Origin: an uncultured Actinomycetota bacterium | Lineage (GTDB): Bacteria; Actinomycetota; Actinomycetes; Mycobacteriales; SCTD01 | NCBI GenBank assembly: GCA_963761695.1 | Contig: CAVXIB010000015.1 | Span: forward strand, 91,807 to 155,806 | Direction: 5' to 3' | DNA length: 64,000 nt | Part shown: piece after piece, positions 8,670 through 19,414 of the stretch | How the letters are laid out: every line of letters begins with the position of its first letter | Numbering within the stretch: the stretch's first letter is position 1 | Position numbers and translations under genes: made by a program | Notes under the pieces: model-generated | Told to the model about the DNA's origin: nothing | The model's input: only the letters and a program-made list of their open reading frames with translations | Database searches by the model: none

Positions 8670-9375
8670 TCAGGCGGTGTCCATCACCCGGAAGCTCTCG
8701 GCCAGGCGCCCCTCGCCGAGCCCGCCGGCCTGGGCGTTCAGCGACAGCCAGCCGCGCAGCATGCCCTCGAGGTCGGCCATGTGCTCGGTCTGCGAGGCGT
8801 GCGCCCGCAGGGCCGCCACCTTGCGGTCGAAGGTGTCCGTGACGTCGACGTAGTGCGTGGCCGGACCGCCCGCGGCCATGATCCAGGTCTGCGGCACCGA
8901 CCACGCCTCGCAGGCCCTCGTCCTGCAGCAGCTCGGTGTGGGTGAAGGGGTTGCGGGCGTCCGGGTAGACGGCGCACAGCGCGGCCTCGCCGGCGGCGAG
9001 GTGGTCCGGGTGGGACGTGCCGATCCGCACGTAGGACCGCTCCGGCGACTGCACCACGATGCGCTGGGGCCGCTTCTGGCGGATGACCCGGCTGATGTCG
9101 CGACGCAGCTCGAAGCTCACCGCGAGGCGACCGTCGGGGTAGCCGAGGAAGGTCAGGTCATCGACGCCGAGGGCCGCCCCCGCGGCGCGCTGCTCGGCCT
9201 GGCGGATGCCGCCGATCCGGTCGCGCGCGACCGTGGGGTCAAAGCCCCCGGCGTCGCCGTCGGTGATGACGCAGTAGGAGACGACCGTGCCCTCGGCGGT
9301 CCACCGGGCGATCGTGCCGCCGGCCCCGAAGTCGAGGTCGTCGGGGTGGGCGACCACCACGAGGGCGCGCTCCAC
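8670..9375 (-). pseudogene. PIG-L/LmbE-family N-acetylglucosaminyl deacetylase, one frameshift as sequenced
   Basis: ORF 8581..9375 begins with VVVAHPDDLDFGAGGT (the PIG-L AHPDD motif). After ...ELLQDEGL the sensible continuation (EAWSVPQTWIMAAGGPATHYVDVTDTFDRKVAALRAHASQ...VMDTA*) is in ORF 8670..8897. The break is near 8910. Confidence 0.75.
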
Positions 9376-9427
9376 GGGTGTCGTGGTGTCCGGGGCGGTC
9401 GGGGGTCGTCATGACCGGTAGGACACC

Positions 9428-9664
9428 ATGACGGGCGTGGCGGGTCGACCGGGGGTGCGAGGGGGTGCGGCGACCCGTGGGTTCCCGCCCGGCAGCGCCC
9501 AGGCGCTGGTGGCCCTCGTGCTCGGCACCATCGCCGGCATCAACGGCCTGCAGCAGGGCCAGCCCGGGTGGGCCGTGGTCCTGCTGGCCATCGCCGGGCT
9601 CGGCGCCCTGCAGCTGTACCGCCTGTTCCGGCGCCGCCGCCGGCAGGCCGGTCCCGGCGGCTGA
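9428..9664 (+). CDS. small two-TM membrane protein (hypothetical)
   Basis: 78-aa ORF with two hydrophobic helices and an RRRRR tail, occupying the gap upstream of pcrA. No family recognised. Confidence 0.35.
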   Translation: MTGVAGRPGVRGGAATRGFPPGSAQALVALVLGTIAGINGLQQGQPGWAVVLLAIAGLGALQLYRLFRRRRRQAGPGG

Positions 9665-9701
9665 TCCCCGGCGGTCGCCCGCCCCGCCTACACTCGAACG
9701 T

Positions 9702-12025
9702 GTGAGCGAGGTGACCGAGGCGATGTGGACGTCGGACGACCTCTACGCGCCGGCGGTCCTGGCCCGGCCCGCCCCGTCGGCCGAGCGGCTGCTCGAGGGG
9801 CTCAACCCGCAGCAGCGCCAGGCGGTGACCCACGCCGGCGGGCCGCTGCTCATCGTGGCCGGCGCAGGCTCGGGCAAGACGAAGGCGCTCACCACGCGGA
9901 TCGCCTACCTGCTCGCGGCCCGCGGCGTGCAGCCCGGCGAGGTCCTGGCCATCACCTTCACGAACAAGGCCGCCGGCGAGATGCGGGAGCGGGTCGCCGC
10001 CCTGGTCGGCCGCCGGCGCGAACGCCATGTGGGTGCAGCACGTTCCACTCGGCCTGCGTGCGCATCCTGCGGGCCGAGGCCAAGAAGCTCGGCTTCACGC
10101 ACGAGCTTCTCCATCTACGACTCCGCCGACGCCCAGCGGCTCATGACGCTGGTCTGCCGCGACCTCGACCTGGACCCCAAGCGCTTCCCGGCCCGCGCGA
10201 TGACCAACCAGGTCAGCGACCTCAAGAACGAGCTGGTCGACCACGAGACCGCCCGCGACCGCGCCACGAACGAGCAGGAGCGGCAGGTCGCCGAGGTCTA
10301 CGCGCACCTACCAGGCGCGGCTCAAGCAGGCCAACGCCATGGACTTCGACGACCTGATCATGACGGCCGTCAACCTGTTGCAGGCGTTCCCCGACGTCGC
10401 CGAGCACTACCGGCGGCGCTTCCGGCACGTGCTGGTCGACGAGTACCAGGACACCAACCACGCGCAGTACACCCTGGTGAAGGAGCTGACCGGGCCCCGG
10501 TCGCGACGGGCCTCGCAGGGCGCGGAGCTGTGCGTCGTGGGCGACGCGGACCAGTCATCTACGCCTTCCGGGGCGCCGACATCCGCAACATCCTCGCAGT
10601 TCGAGCAGGACTACCCGGACGCCGAGGTGGTGCTGCTCGAGCAGAACTACCGCAGCGACCCAGACCATCCTGACGGCCGCCAACGCGGTGATCGCCAAGA
10701 ACGCCGGCCGCAAGGACAAGCGGCTGTGGACCGACTCGGGCGACGGCGAGAAGATCGTCGGCTACGTCGCGGACAACGAGCACGACGAGGCGGCGTTCGT
10801 CGCCGAGGAGGTCGACCGGCTGACCGACGCCCACGGCGTCCGCCCCGCCGACGTCGCGGTGTTCTACCGGACGAATGCCCAGTCACGGGTGTTCGAGGAG
10901 GTCTTCGTGCGGGTGGGGCTGCCCTACCGCGTGGTCGGCGGCGTGCGCTTCTACGAGCGCAAGGAGGTCAAGGACGCCCTGGCCTACCTGCGGGTGCTGT
11001 CCAACCCCGCCGACGTCGTCAACCTGCGGCGCATCCTGAACACCCCGCGCCGGGGGATCGGTGACCGCGCCGAGGCCTGCCTGGAGGCGTTCGCCGGCCG
11101 CGAGCGGGTGGGCTTCCACGAGGCCCTGCGCCGGTGCGACGAGGTGCCCGGCATGGCCACCCGCAGCGCGAAGGCGGTGCGCGAGTTCGCCGACCTCATG
11201 GACGAGCTACGGGCCCTCGTGCTCGGGGGCATGCCCCCGGCCGAGGTGCTCGAGGCGGTCCTGGACCGCAGCGGCTACCTCGCCGAGCTCTCGGAGAGCT
11301 CGGACCCGCAGGACGAGACCCGGGTCGAGAACCTCGCCGAGCTGGTCGGCGTCGCCCGCGAGTACTCCGAGCGGGTGCCCGACGGCGACGTCGCCACGTG
11401 GCTCGAGTCGGTCGCGCTGGTGGCCGACGCCGACAGCATCCCCGGTCCCGACGACGGCAGCGGCAACGACGGCGTCGTCACGCTGATGACGCTGCACGCC
11501 GCGAAGGGCCTGGAGTACCCCGTGGTGTTCCTGACCGGCCTCGAGGACGGTGTCTTCCCGCACCTGCGGGCGCTCGGCGACGACAAGGAGCTGCAGGAGG
11601 AGCGGCGGCTCGCCTACGTCGGGATCACCCGTGCGCGGGAGCGGCTCTACCTGTCGCGGGCGCACGTCCGCAGCGCCTGGGGGCAGACCTCCTACAACCC
11701 GGCGTCGCGCTTCCTCGACGAGGTGCCCGACGCGCTGGTCGACTGGCGCCGCCTGGACACCGCCCCGTCGGGGCCGCCGCCGGCGCTGACCACGGCGGCG
11801 CAACCGCCTCGCGGGGACCGCCCGGGGCCGGACCGCCGGCCCGGGGCTGCGGGCGGTGCCGTACGCTGGAGGTGGGCGACCGGGTCACGCACGACACCTT
11901 CGGGCTCGGCACGGTCACGGCCACGCCGCGGCGCCGGAGAGTCGGCGCAGGCCGAGGTCGACTTCGGGCCGGGCACCGGAGCGAAGTGGCTGCTGCTGCG
12001 GTACGCCCCGGTCGAGAAGCTCTAG
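9702..12025 (+). pseudogene. pcrA: ATP-dependent DNA helicase PcrA/UvrD, at least 8 reading-frame changes as sequenced
   Basis: Helicase motifs appear in order but are spread over three frames: [166 protein letters not shown] and KWLLLRYAPVEKL*. Frame changes are near 10020, 10030, 10100, 10306, 10556, 10590, 10653, 11860 and 11925. Confidence 0.85.
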
Positions 12026-12071
12026 ACCTGACCGTCCTGCCCGGCCCTCCGGGGTCGGGGAGGGGGTCGTC

Positions 12072-12945
12072 CTAGACGTCGATGCCGTGGCGTCGCAGCC
12101 AGGGCAGCGGGTCGATCGGCTCCCCGCCGAGGCGCACCTCGAAGTGCAGGTGCGGGCCGGTGGAGTGCCCGGTGGAGCCGATCAGGCCCAGGACGTCGCC
12201 GGCGTCGACCGAGCCACCACGGCGCAGGATCTGGCTCATGTGGTTGTACGTGGTGACGGAGCCGTCGTCGTGCTGGACGTGGACGAAGTTGCCGTAGCCG
12301 CCGGCGTTGTAGCCGGCGTCGACGATGACGCCGGCGGCCACGGCCCGGATCGGGCAGCCGTAGGGCGCGCCGAAGTCGATGCCGGCGTGCAGCCGGCCCC
12401 AGCGGTGCCCGAACCCGCTGGTGAGCGGCCCGTCGGCGGGGCGGACGTAGGCCGAGCGCAGCTCGCGCGCGCTTCTCGGCAGCGGCGACGGCGGCCTGCT
12501 TGGCCAGCGACCGCCCGGGCCTTGGCCTGGGCGTCGAGCTGGGCCCGACGCGGTGCGGCGTGGCCCGCTCGCTCGCGGCGACCCGGGCGCGCTGCTGCGC
12601 GACGGCGGCGGCCTGCTGCGCGCGGGCGGCGCCGGCGTCGAGGGTGTCGAGGTCCTTGGCGTAGGTGCTCCGCGGCAGGGCGATCGGCGACGGCGCGATG
12701 CTGGCGGCGGACGCGGCCTGCACGGGCGCGACGCCGGGGACGGCGGGGACGCCGGCCAGACCGGCGAACGCCCCCCCGGCGGCCATGAGCAGCACGGCGG
12801 GAACGGCGACGGAGCGCGGCGTCAGCGGCTGTCGGGGCGCGCGGTGGCGTCCCTTCTTCGGGCGAGGCAAGTCGGTCACTCCGGGTCGGGGGCGTGGCGG
12901 CACCCGCGCCACCCGGGCCGGACCGACGACGGGCGTCGGACGCAC
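12072..12945 (-). pseudogene. M23-family (LytM-type) metallopeptidase, 1-3 frameshifts as sequenced
   Basis: The C-terminal ORF 12072..12341 has HxxxD and HLHFE motifs (GYGNFVHVQHDDG...GSTGHSTGPHLHFEV). The upstream catalytic block (LTSGFGHRWGRLHAGIDFGAPYGCPIRAV) and the N-terminal signal and coiled region are in other frames of ORF 12022..12945. One break is near 12470, with probable further breaks near 12495 and 12545. Confidence 0.75.
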
Positions 12946-12992
12946 GGGAGCACGTGCACGCGGCCCGGTCCCGGAGGGTTCCGGGGTCGGGC

Positions 12993-13010
12993 CGTTATCG
13001 GGACGTTATC
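12993..13010 (-). promoter_or_regulatory. 11-bp-period direct repeat (GATAAC x2 on the minus strand) upstream of the M23 peptidase
   Basis: CGTTATC occurs at 12993-12999 and at 13004-13010, 48-65 bp upstream of the longest M23 ORF start. The geometry resembles OmpR/PhoB-family response-regulator half-sites. Confidence 0.25.
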
Positions 13011-13063
13011 CGCTCCCGGGTGCCGGGGACAAGTACGGGGGGCAGACAGAGGGCGCCCCGCCC

Positions 13064-14023
13064 TCAAGATCCCGGCCGGCGGTGCCGAGGTACCCCGGTG
13101 GCGACGGACGGTGCGGAGCCTTCGCGGGAGGGCGTGCTGCGTCCGGTCGAGGACGGAGTACCCGGCGCGTCCGGCGTCGAGGACGCCGCGGGCGGCGATC
13201 GGCGTGACGCCGGCGGTGACCGTCGCGCCGTCGGCGTCGAGGTGCGCCAGCAGCTGGGCGATCTCGCGGACGACCCGGCCGTCGATGGGCAGCGACATGT
13301 GGCCCACCCCGCGCAGCAGCACGTTGCGGGCCGACAGGTCGGGGTGCTGCGATCCGCGCGTTGCGCTGCGGGACGATGAGCTGGTCCAGGTCGCTCCAGA
13401 AGGACACGAAGCGGGTGCGGCAGCCCGGCGCGGGCTGCGTCGAGCTCGCTCATGCAGGTCCGAGCCGGGTCGCAGCTGGCGCACGAGGCGGTGCGGGAGC
13501 AGGTGCGCCGCCCAGGTGCCGCCGTGCGGCGAGCCGAGCGTGCAGAGGGTGTGCACGCGGGCCGTGCCCGCCCATGCGCTGCACGTAGTAGCGCGCGACC
13601 AGCGCCGCCCAGGCTGTGCCCGACCACGTGGACCTTCTCGTAGCCGGTCTCCTCGCAGGTGCGCTCGACCAGCTCGGCCAGGCGGGCGGCCGCCGCGCGG
13701 ACGTCGTGGGTGAACGGGCTGTAGTTCAGCGTGAGCACCTGGCCGAAGCCGCGACGGCGCAGCGCCCGGCGCAGCAGGGTGAAGACCGACCGGTTGTCGA
13801 CCAGGCCGTGCACCAGCAGGATCGGCGTGCCGGCCGCGACGACGTCGCCCATGAGCAGGCCGCGCTGCACGGGCGGCAGGTCGGCGAGGGTGAAGCGGTC
13901 GAGCTCCTCGCGGCCGCGCACGCGGCGCTGCTCACGGACGGCGCCGAGGGGGTAGAGCATGCCGTGCGCGGCGACCCAGGCCAGCTCGGTGCCGACCCCG
14001 AGCAGCCCGCCGGGCGTGAGCAC
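13064..14023 (-). pseudogene. alpha/beta-hydrolase (lipase/esterase-type), about 5 frameshifts as sequenced; 3' end uncertain
   Basis: Pieces from three frames reconstruct PILLVHGLVDNRSVF...NYSPF...EKVHVVGHSLGG-LVARYYVQRMGGHG-RVHTLCTLGSPHGGTW...-MSELDA-...FVSFWSDLDQLIVPQRNARI-HPDLSARNVLLRGVGHMSLPIDGRVVREI. This includes a GHSLGG nucleophile elbow. Breaks are near 13600, 13560, 13455, 13425 and 13345. Confidence 0.55.
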
Positions 14024-14196
14024 CGTGCTGCAGGGCCACGTGGCTCGCGCCGGTGAGGGTGCGCAGGGCAGGGCGGGGGTCGCGCACCGGGTCTCCCTGG
14101 TCGGTGGGGGTGGGGCTACCGGACAGTAACCACTCGCGCCGGGCCGGTGACCCAGATCACGGCATCTGCTGGTTGCGCGCACAACCGGCAGTCGGT

Positions 14197-15605
14197 TCAG
14201 GAGGGCAGCCGCCCGGGCAGCGGGGCCGACCAGCGGCGCTCCCGGAGCAGGAGCCGCTGCTCGGCGGAGACCGTGAGCAGGCGGGCCAGGTGCGGGGCGA
14301 CGCGGCCGGCCCCGCGACGACGGCGTCGACCGCGCCGAGCGCGAGCAGGTCCGCGGGCGTGAGCCGGAGCAGGTCGGCGCACTCCTGCGGGGAACGTCGC
14401 AGCGCGGCGCTCGCGCCCTCGGGGCCGATCGCGGCGAAGTAGCTGTCCGGCGTGCACAGCACGACGTCGCAGGCGGACGCGGCCAGAGCGCCGCCGGAGC
14501 CGCCCTCGCCGTGCACCAGCGCCAGCGTCGGCGTCGGGCAGGTGAGCAGCGCGTCGAGGGCCTCGCCCATGGCGGGGGCGATGCCGTCCTCCTCCGCGGC
14601 CGGTGCCGGGCTCGGCCCCGGGGGTGTCGACGAGGGAGACCACCGGCAGGCCCAGCCGACCGGCCAGCCGGTAGGCGCGGGCGGCCAGCCGGTAGCCGTC
14701 CGGCGTCGGACGTCCGCCCAGCTCGGCGGCCAGCGCCACAGCCACCACGGGACGCCCGGCGAGCCGGCCGACACAGGCCGCGACGCTCTGGTCGCCGCCC
14801 CGGGCCCGCAGGCCGACCCGGTCGGTGAGCAGGCCGGCCATGACCTCGGACCCGGAGGTGGCGCGGCTCCGGGTGCGCTGCACCTGCTGCCAGCCGTCGA
14901 CCTGCTCGGGCCGCAGCGGGGCCGGCAGCTCCGCGACGGCTGCGGAGCGGCGGTGAGCGCCAGCAGGGCAGCGTCCAGCCAGCCGGCGACCTCCCCCGCC
15001 GGGAGCACGGCGTCGACGAGGCCGGCGGCGTGGGCGGACGCTGCGGTGTGGCTCCCGGGAGCCGGCAGCGTGCCGGTGACCGCCTGGACCACCCGCGGTC
15101 CGGCGAAGCCGACGGTGGCGCCCTCGACGGCCACGCGGAGGTCGGCCGCCGAGCTCACGCTGATCCAGACACCTCCGGTGGTGGGGGCGTCGGCCACCGA
15201 CAGGTGCGGGAGGCCGTCGGCGGCGAGGGCGAGCAGCGCGAGCCGGGCCCGGGGGATGCCCACCAGCGCCGCCATCCCCTCCTGCAGGCGGGTGCCGCCG
15301 GACCGCACCAGCGTGACGAGGGGCAGGCGGCGGGCGCGGGCCTGCCGGACCGCCTCGACGAGGGCGGTGGCGTCGTCCTCGCCGAAGGAGCCGCCGAAGA
15401 CCGCGAAGTCCCACGCCGCGGCCACCGCACGCGCGCCCGGCAGCAGGTGCACCGTCACCGACCGCCGGGGCGAGTAGCCGGGCCAGCTCGACGGCCGCCC
15501 TCCCTCGGGGGTGGGCAGCACCTCGGACCCGGCGAGCAGGGCGCGGCGCCAGTCGGGCTGCGGGGAGGGTTCGGGAGCGTCGGTCACGGCCGCGTACTCT
15601 CCCAC
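14197..15605 (-). pseudogene. carboxyltransferase-domain protein (fused AccD-like/AccA-like halves), about 3 frameshifts as sequenced
   Basis: ORF 14157..15605 carries the beta-like half ([10 protein letters not shown]...[15 protein letters not shown]...FAGPRVV). The middle section (GRLAGRPVVAVALA...GYRLAARAYRLAGRLGLPVVSLVDTPGAEPG) is in ORF 14197..15414. The frame then returns to the first ORF for the alpha-like motifs (LVHGEGGSGGALA...AIGPEGASA) and shifts back for the tail ending at 14197. Breaks are near 14950, 14610 and 14320. Confidence 0.7.
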
Positions 15606-15635
15606 CGACCGTCCGTCCGCCCCTCAGGAGGCCCC

Positions 15636-16055
15636 GTGAGCACGCCCACCACCGGTCGCCTGCGGATCGTCGTCGCGAAGCCCGGCCTGGACGGCCACGA
15701 CCGCGGCGCCAAGGTCGTGGCCCGGGCCCTGCGCGACGCCGGCATGGAGGTGGTCTACACCGGGCTGCACCAGACGCCTGAGCAGATCGTGGAGACCGTC
15801 GTGCAGGAGGACGCCGACTGCGTCGGACTGTCCGTGCTCTCCGGCGCCCACATGACCCTGTTCGCCAAGGTCATGGAGCTGCTCACCGCGCGCGGCGCCG
15901 ACGACGTCGTGGTCTTCGGTGGCGGGATCATCCCCGAGGACGACATCCCGCAGCTCGAAGCGCTCGGCGTCGCGAAGATCTTCACGCCGGGCGCCACCAC
16001 CATGGAGATCGTGGCCTGGGTGCGCGAGCACGTCGGGGCCCCCGCCACGGCCTGA
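15636..16055 (+). CDS. cobalamin (B12)-binding small subunit of an acyl-CoA mutase
   Basis: C-terminal 139 aa of ORF 15030..16055, starting at the GTG at 15636 six nt after AGGAGG. It has the canonical base-off/His-on motif ([34 protein letters not shown]) and SVLSGAH...GGIIP. Confidence 0.85.
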   Translation: MSTPTTGRLRIVVAKPGLDGHDRGAKVVARALRDAGMEVVYTGLHQTPEQIVETVVQEDADCVGLSVLSGAHMTLFAKVMELLTARGADDVVVFGGGIIPEDDIPQLEALGVAKIFTPGATTMEIVAWVREHVGAPATA

Positions 16056-16097
16056 CGCCCGGACCCTGGGCCCCGTCGCGGCGAAACCACGGGGCGG

Positions 16098-18068
16098 TCA
16101 GGCCCGGCGGCGCCGGACCAGCAGGACGCCCGCCAGCGCGGCCATCGCGGCGAGCGGCAGCAGGCCGGGCAGGCCGCCGGTACGGGGCAGCTGCGGCACC
16201 GCCGGGACGGGCTCGTCGACCGTCGGGGACACCGGGGCGGCGGCCGGGGCGGCCGTGGCGAGGACGCCCGGCAGGGCGAACGTCGACCCCGGTCCGGTCA
16301 TCACCGTGACGTTGTCGGGGGTCTTGCTGCCGTAGGAGGTGGCGTCGGTCGCGGCCAGCGTCAGCCGCACCGCGTGCCCGGGAGCGAAGCGGTGGGCGAA
16401 GCCCAGCAGGTGGAACCGGACCGGGGCGCCGGTCTCGGCGGCCGGCACCCGGACCGGAGCGATCAGCCGGCGCAGCAGCTCGGCGCTGCCGTCGGGGGCG
16501 ACGTCGTAGACCTTGCCGAAGAAGACCAGGTCGGTGGGTGAGGCGTGGGAGAGCCGGAGCACGGCCTCGGGCACCCCCACGCTGACCAGCCCCGTCGGGA
16601 ACGGCGCAGACGTGAAGTCGACGTGCTGGCCGGGCTGCTCCATGGGCGGCAGCGGCACCTGCGGGCTGGCCGCCGGCCCCGTCTGGTTCGACGTCTCCGT
16701 GTAGGCCTGGGGCACGCCGCCCGGAGGGTTGAGGAAGGAGGCGCTGCCGGCCGTCGCGGCGCCGGTGGTCAGCGCGTCGGCTCCGGACAGGGTGAACGTG
16801 GTGGAGGGCAGGGCCGGGAACGACGCGGCGCTGCCGTACTGCTCGTCAGCCGGACCCGAGCCGCCGTAGGGGGTCCAGTCCTGGAACCAGGTGAAGCCGG
16901 GGCTCGGGTCGGGTCGGCCCCGAAGGGCGGCGTCCAGGAAGGCCAGGGTGCGCAGGGGCAGGTAGCAGTCGTCCATCTGCGCCGGGGTGCGGGCGGTGCC
17001 GTCGTAGGCCTCGCACTCGCCGGGGCGGGAGTCGTAGCCGCCGTGGCCACCCCAGTTCCAGATCATCTTCACCGGGACGCCGCGCCGTCGCAGGGCGGTG
17101 TAGGTCGAGACGGCGTCGTTGGTGGTGAACAGGGTGTCGCGCTGACCCTGGACCAGCAGCACCGGCACCGTCAGCCGGTCGATCTCGGTGGTGCCGGACG
17201 CGTCGGCCACCAGGGTCCGGTCGTCCTCGGTGATGTCCCCGGTCGCGGTGAGGTCGGCGTAGGTCCGGCAGACCGCCAGCGGGAACCCGGGGCAGGGCAG
17301 CCCGGCCACCGTGGCCGGGTCGCCGCTGGCGAGCTTGTCCTGCGGGCAGCCGCCCTTGCCCATGGCCGGGTTGCTGTTGCCGCTGGCGAAGAACAGCGAG
17401 GTCCACTGCTGCTTGAACACGCCCTGCCGGCTCAGGCTCTGGGTGAAGCCGGTCGGGTCGCCCGGCACCACCCGGTTGTCAGGGTCCAGGGAGTACTGCA
17501 GCGAGCTCCAGGTGCGGGCCGGGACGATCGCCCGGATCCTGGCGTCCGTCTCGGCCAGGTTGGCCTGGATGCCCCCGCCGTAGGACCCGCCCACGGTGCC
17601 GACGACGGCGCCCTTGGCGTCCTTCTTCACATCCGCCCTCGGCTGCAGCACCTTGGTGATGAGCTGCTGGGCGTCCTTCACGTCGTAGGTGCGGCTCTGC
17701 AGGGTGACGCAGCCCGACGACGCCCCGAAGCCCTGGGCCGTGTAGGTCAGGACGACGTAGCCGTGCCGGGCCAGGAAGGTCGCCGTCGTGGTGATCTCGT
17801 TGGCCGTCTTGTCCAGGCCGAAGCCGTTGGTCATCAGGATCGCCGGCTGAGGGGAGGCCGCGGTGGCACCGCTCGGCACGTAGAGCCGGGTGTCGATCGT
17901 GGCCGCATGCGTGTCGTCCGGCCCGTCGAGCACCGGCACGAGCGCATCGGTGGTGACGAAGGACTGCGTGCCGGGGGAGGGCCGCACCGGCTCGGCGTGG
18001 GCGGAGGTGGCCCCGGCCAGGAGCGCGGCGGCAGCGGTGATCAGGGCTGCACGGTGCAGGAGCGTCAT
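16098..18068 (-). CDS. CocE/NonD (X-Pro dipeptidyl-peptidase S15) family hydrolase with a C-terminal LPXTG cell-wall sorting signal
   Basis: ORF 16098..18239. The start is taken at M58 ([25 protein letters not shown] signal peptide). It has a GGSYGG nucleophile motif and a C-terminal LPRTG followed by a hydrophobic stretch and RRRRA. Confidence 0.8.
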   Translation of the reverse strand: MTLLHRAALITAAAALLAGATSAHAEPVRPSPGTQSFVTTDALVPVLDGPDDTHAATIDTRLYVPSGATAASPQPAILMTNGFGLDKTANEITTTATFLARHGYVVLTYTAQGFGASSGCVTLQSRTYDVKDAQQLITKVLQPRADVKKDAKGAVVGTVGGSYGGGIQANLAETDARIRAIVPARTWSSLQYSLDPDNRVVPGDPTGFTQSLSRQGVFKQQWTSLFFASGNSNPAMGKGGCPQDKLASGDPATVAGLPCPGFPLAVCRTYADLTATGDITEDDRTLVADASGTTEIDRLTVPVLLVQGQRDTLFTTNDAVSTYTALRRRGVPVKMIWNWGGHGGYDSRPGECEAYDGTARTPAQMDDCYLPLRTLAFLDAALRGRPDPSPGFTWFQDWTPYGGSGPADEQYGSAASFPALPSTTFTLSGADALTTGAATAGSASFLNPPGGVPQAYTETSNQTGPAASPQVPLPPMEQPGQHVDFTSAPFPTGLVSVGVPEAVLRLSHASPTDLVFFGKVYDVAPDGSAELLRRLIAPVRVPAAETGAPVRFHLLGFAHRFAPGHAVRLTLAATDATSYGSKTPDNVTVMTGPGSTFALPGVLATAAPAAAPVSPTVDEPVPAVPQLPRTGGLPGLLPLAAMAALAGVLLVRRRRA

Positions 18069-18241
18069 CCGCGCAGTGTGCGGCCCCGACGTCACCCGTG
18101 GGGGACGAACGCACTGTGACCCACCCGTGTGGGCGCCGTCACCACGGGTCGTGCAGGCTTCGGGGGCGTTCCGGGCGTGTGTCGGCGCGTCGCTACCCTC
18201 GCGGGGAACAACACCCCCGACTTCCGCAGACAGGACCACCC

Positions 18242-19414
18242 GTGGACCTCATGGAGTACCAGGCGAAGGAGCTCTTCGCCAAGCACGGAGTGCCGGTGTT
18301 CGCCGGCGAGACCGTGGACAACGCCGCTGACGCCAAGGCAGCCGCGGAGCGCATCGGCAAGCCCGTCATGGTCAAGGCCCAGGTCAAGGCCGGCGGTCGT
18401 GGCAAGGCCGGCGGCGTGAAGTACTGCCCCACCGCCGAGGAGGCGGAGGCGCGCGCCGCCGACATCCTGAAGCTGACGATCAAGGACCTGCCGGTCCACA
18501 AGGTGCTCGTCACCGAGGCCAGCGACATCGACAAGGAGTACTACGTCTCCTTCCTGCTCGACCGGGCCAACCGCACCTACCTCGCGATGGCCAGCGTCGA
18601 GGGCGGCATGGAGATCGAGGAGCTCGCGGTGGAGCGGCCCGAGGCCCTCGCCCGGGTCGCCGTCGACGCCGTCACCGGAGTCGACCAGGCCAAGGCCGAG
18701 GAGATCGCCGACGCCGCCGGGTTCGCCCCCGACGTCCGCGACCAGATCGTGTCGGTCCTGCAGCAGCTGTGGACCGTGTTCGTCGAGGAGGAGGCCACCC
18801 TCGTCGAGGTGAACCCGCTGGTGCGCACGCCCGAGGGCAAGGTGCTCGCGCTCGACGGCAAGGTCACCCTCGATGGCAACGCCGAGTTCCGGCACGCCGA
18901 CGTCTTCACCACCTACGCCGACGTCGTCGCCGACGACGACCTCGAGGGGCGGGCCAAGAAGAAGGGCCTGAACTACGTCAAGCTCGAGGGCCAGGTCGGC
19001 ATCATCGGCAACGGCGCCGGGCTCGTCATGAGCACCCTCGACGTCGTCGCCTACGCCGGCGAGAAGCACGGCGGCGTCAAGCCCGCCAACTTCCTCGACA
19101 TCGGCGGAGGCGCCTCGGCGCAGGTCATGGCCGACGGCCTGGAGATCATCGCCAGCGACCCCGACGTCGTGAGCATCTTCGTCAACGTCTTCGGCGGGAT
19201 CACCTCCTGCGACGCCGTGGCGAACGGCATCGTGCAGGCGCTCGAGATGCTGGGCGACAGCGCCAGCAAGCCGCTGGTCGTGCGGCTCGACGGCAACAAC
19301 GTCGAGGAGGGCCGGCGCATCCTCGCCGACGCCAACCACCCCCTGGTCACCGTGGTCGACACCATGGACGGCGCGGCCGACAAGGCCGCCGAGCTCGCGA
19401 ACGGCGGCAAGTAA
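18242..19414 (+). CDS. sucC: succinyl-CoA ligase (ADP-forming) subunit beta
   Basis: The GTG at 18242 gives [19 protein letters not shown].... Also present are the ATP-grasp region, [12 protein letters not shown] and [10 protein letters not shown]-type motifs. TAATG overlap with sucD. Confidence 0.95.
   Translation: MDLMEYQAKELFAKHGVPVFAGETVDNAADAKAAAERIGKPVMVKAQVKAGGRGKAGGVKYCPTAEEAEARAADILKLTIKDLPVHKVLVTEASDIDKEYYVSFLLDRANRTYLAMASVEGGMEIEELAVERPEALARVAVDAVTGVDQAKAEEIADAAGFAPDVRDQIVSVLQQLWTVFVEEEATLVEVNPLVRTPEGKVLALDGKVTLDGNAEFRHADVFTTYADVVADDDLEGRAKKKGLNYVKLEGQVGIIGNGAGLVMSTLDVVAYAGEKHGGVKPANFLDIGGGASAQVMADGLEIIASDPDVVSIFVNVFGGITSCDAVANGIVQALEMLGDSASKPLVVRLDGNNVEEGRRILADANHPLVTVVDTMDGAADKAAELANGGK

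Noticed and set aside
5270-15605. Programmed ribosomal frameshifting or transcriptional slippage as the explanation for the frame breaks
   Set aside because: The breaks occur in both directions, several per gene, often as compensating pairs tens of nt apart. I could see no shared slippery heptamer or downstream structure. Sequence error or decay is more parsimonious.
18128-18143. Third CRP-like site (TGTGGgcgccgTCACC) upstream of sucC
   Set aside because: It matches only 8 of 10 positions, with both outer-arm positions degraded. GTG-N8-CAC arises too easily by chance at this GC content to report as a feature.
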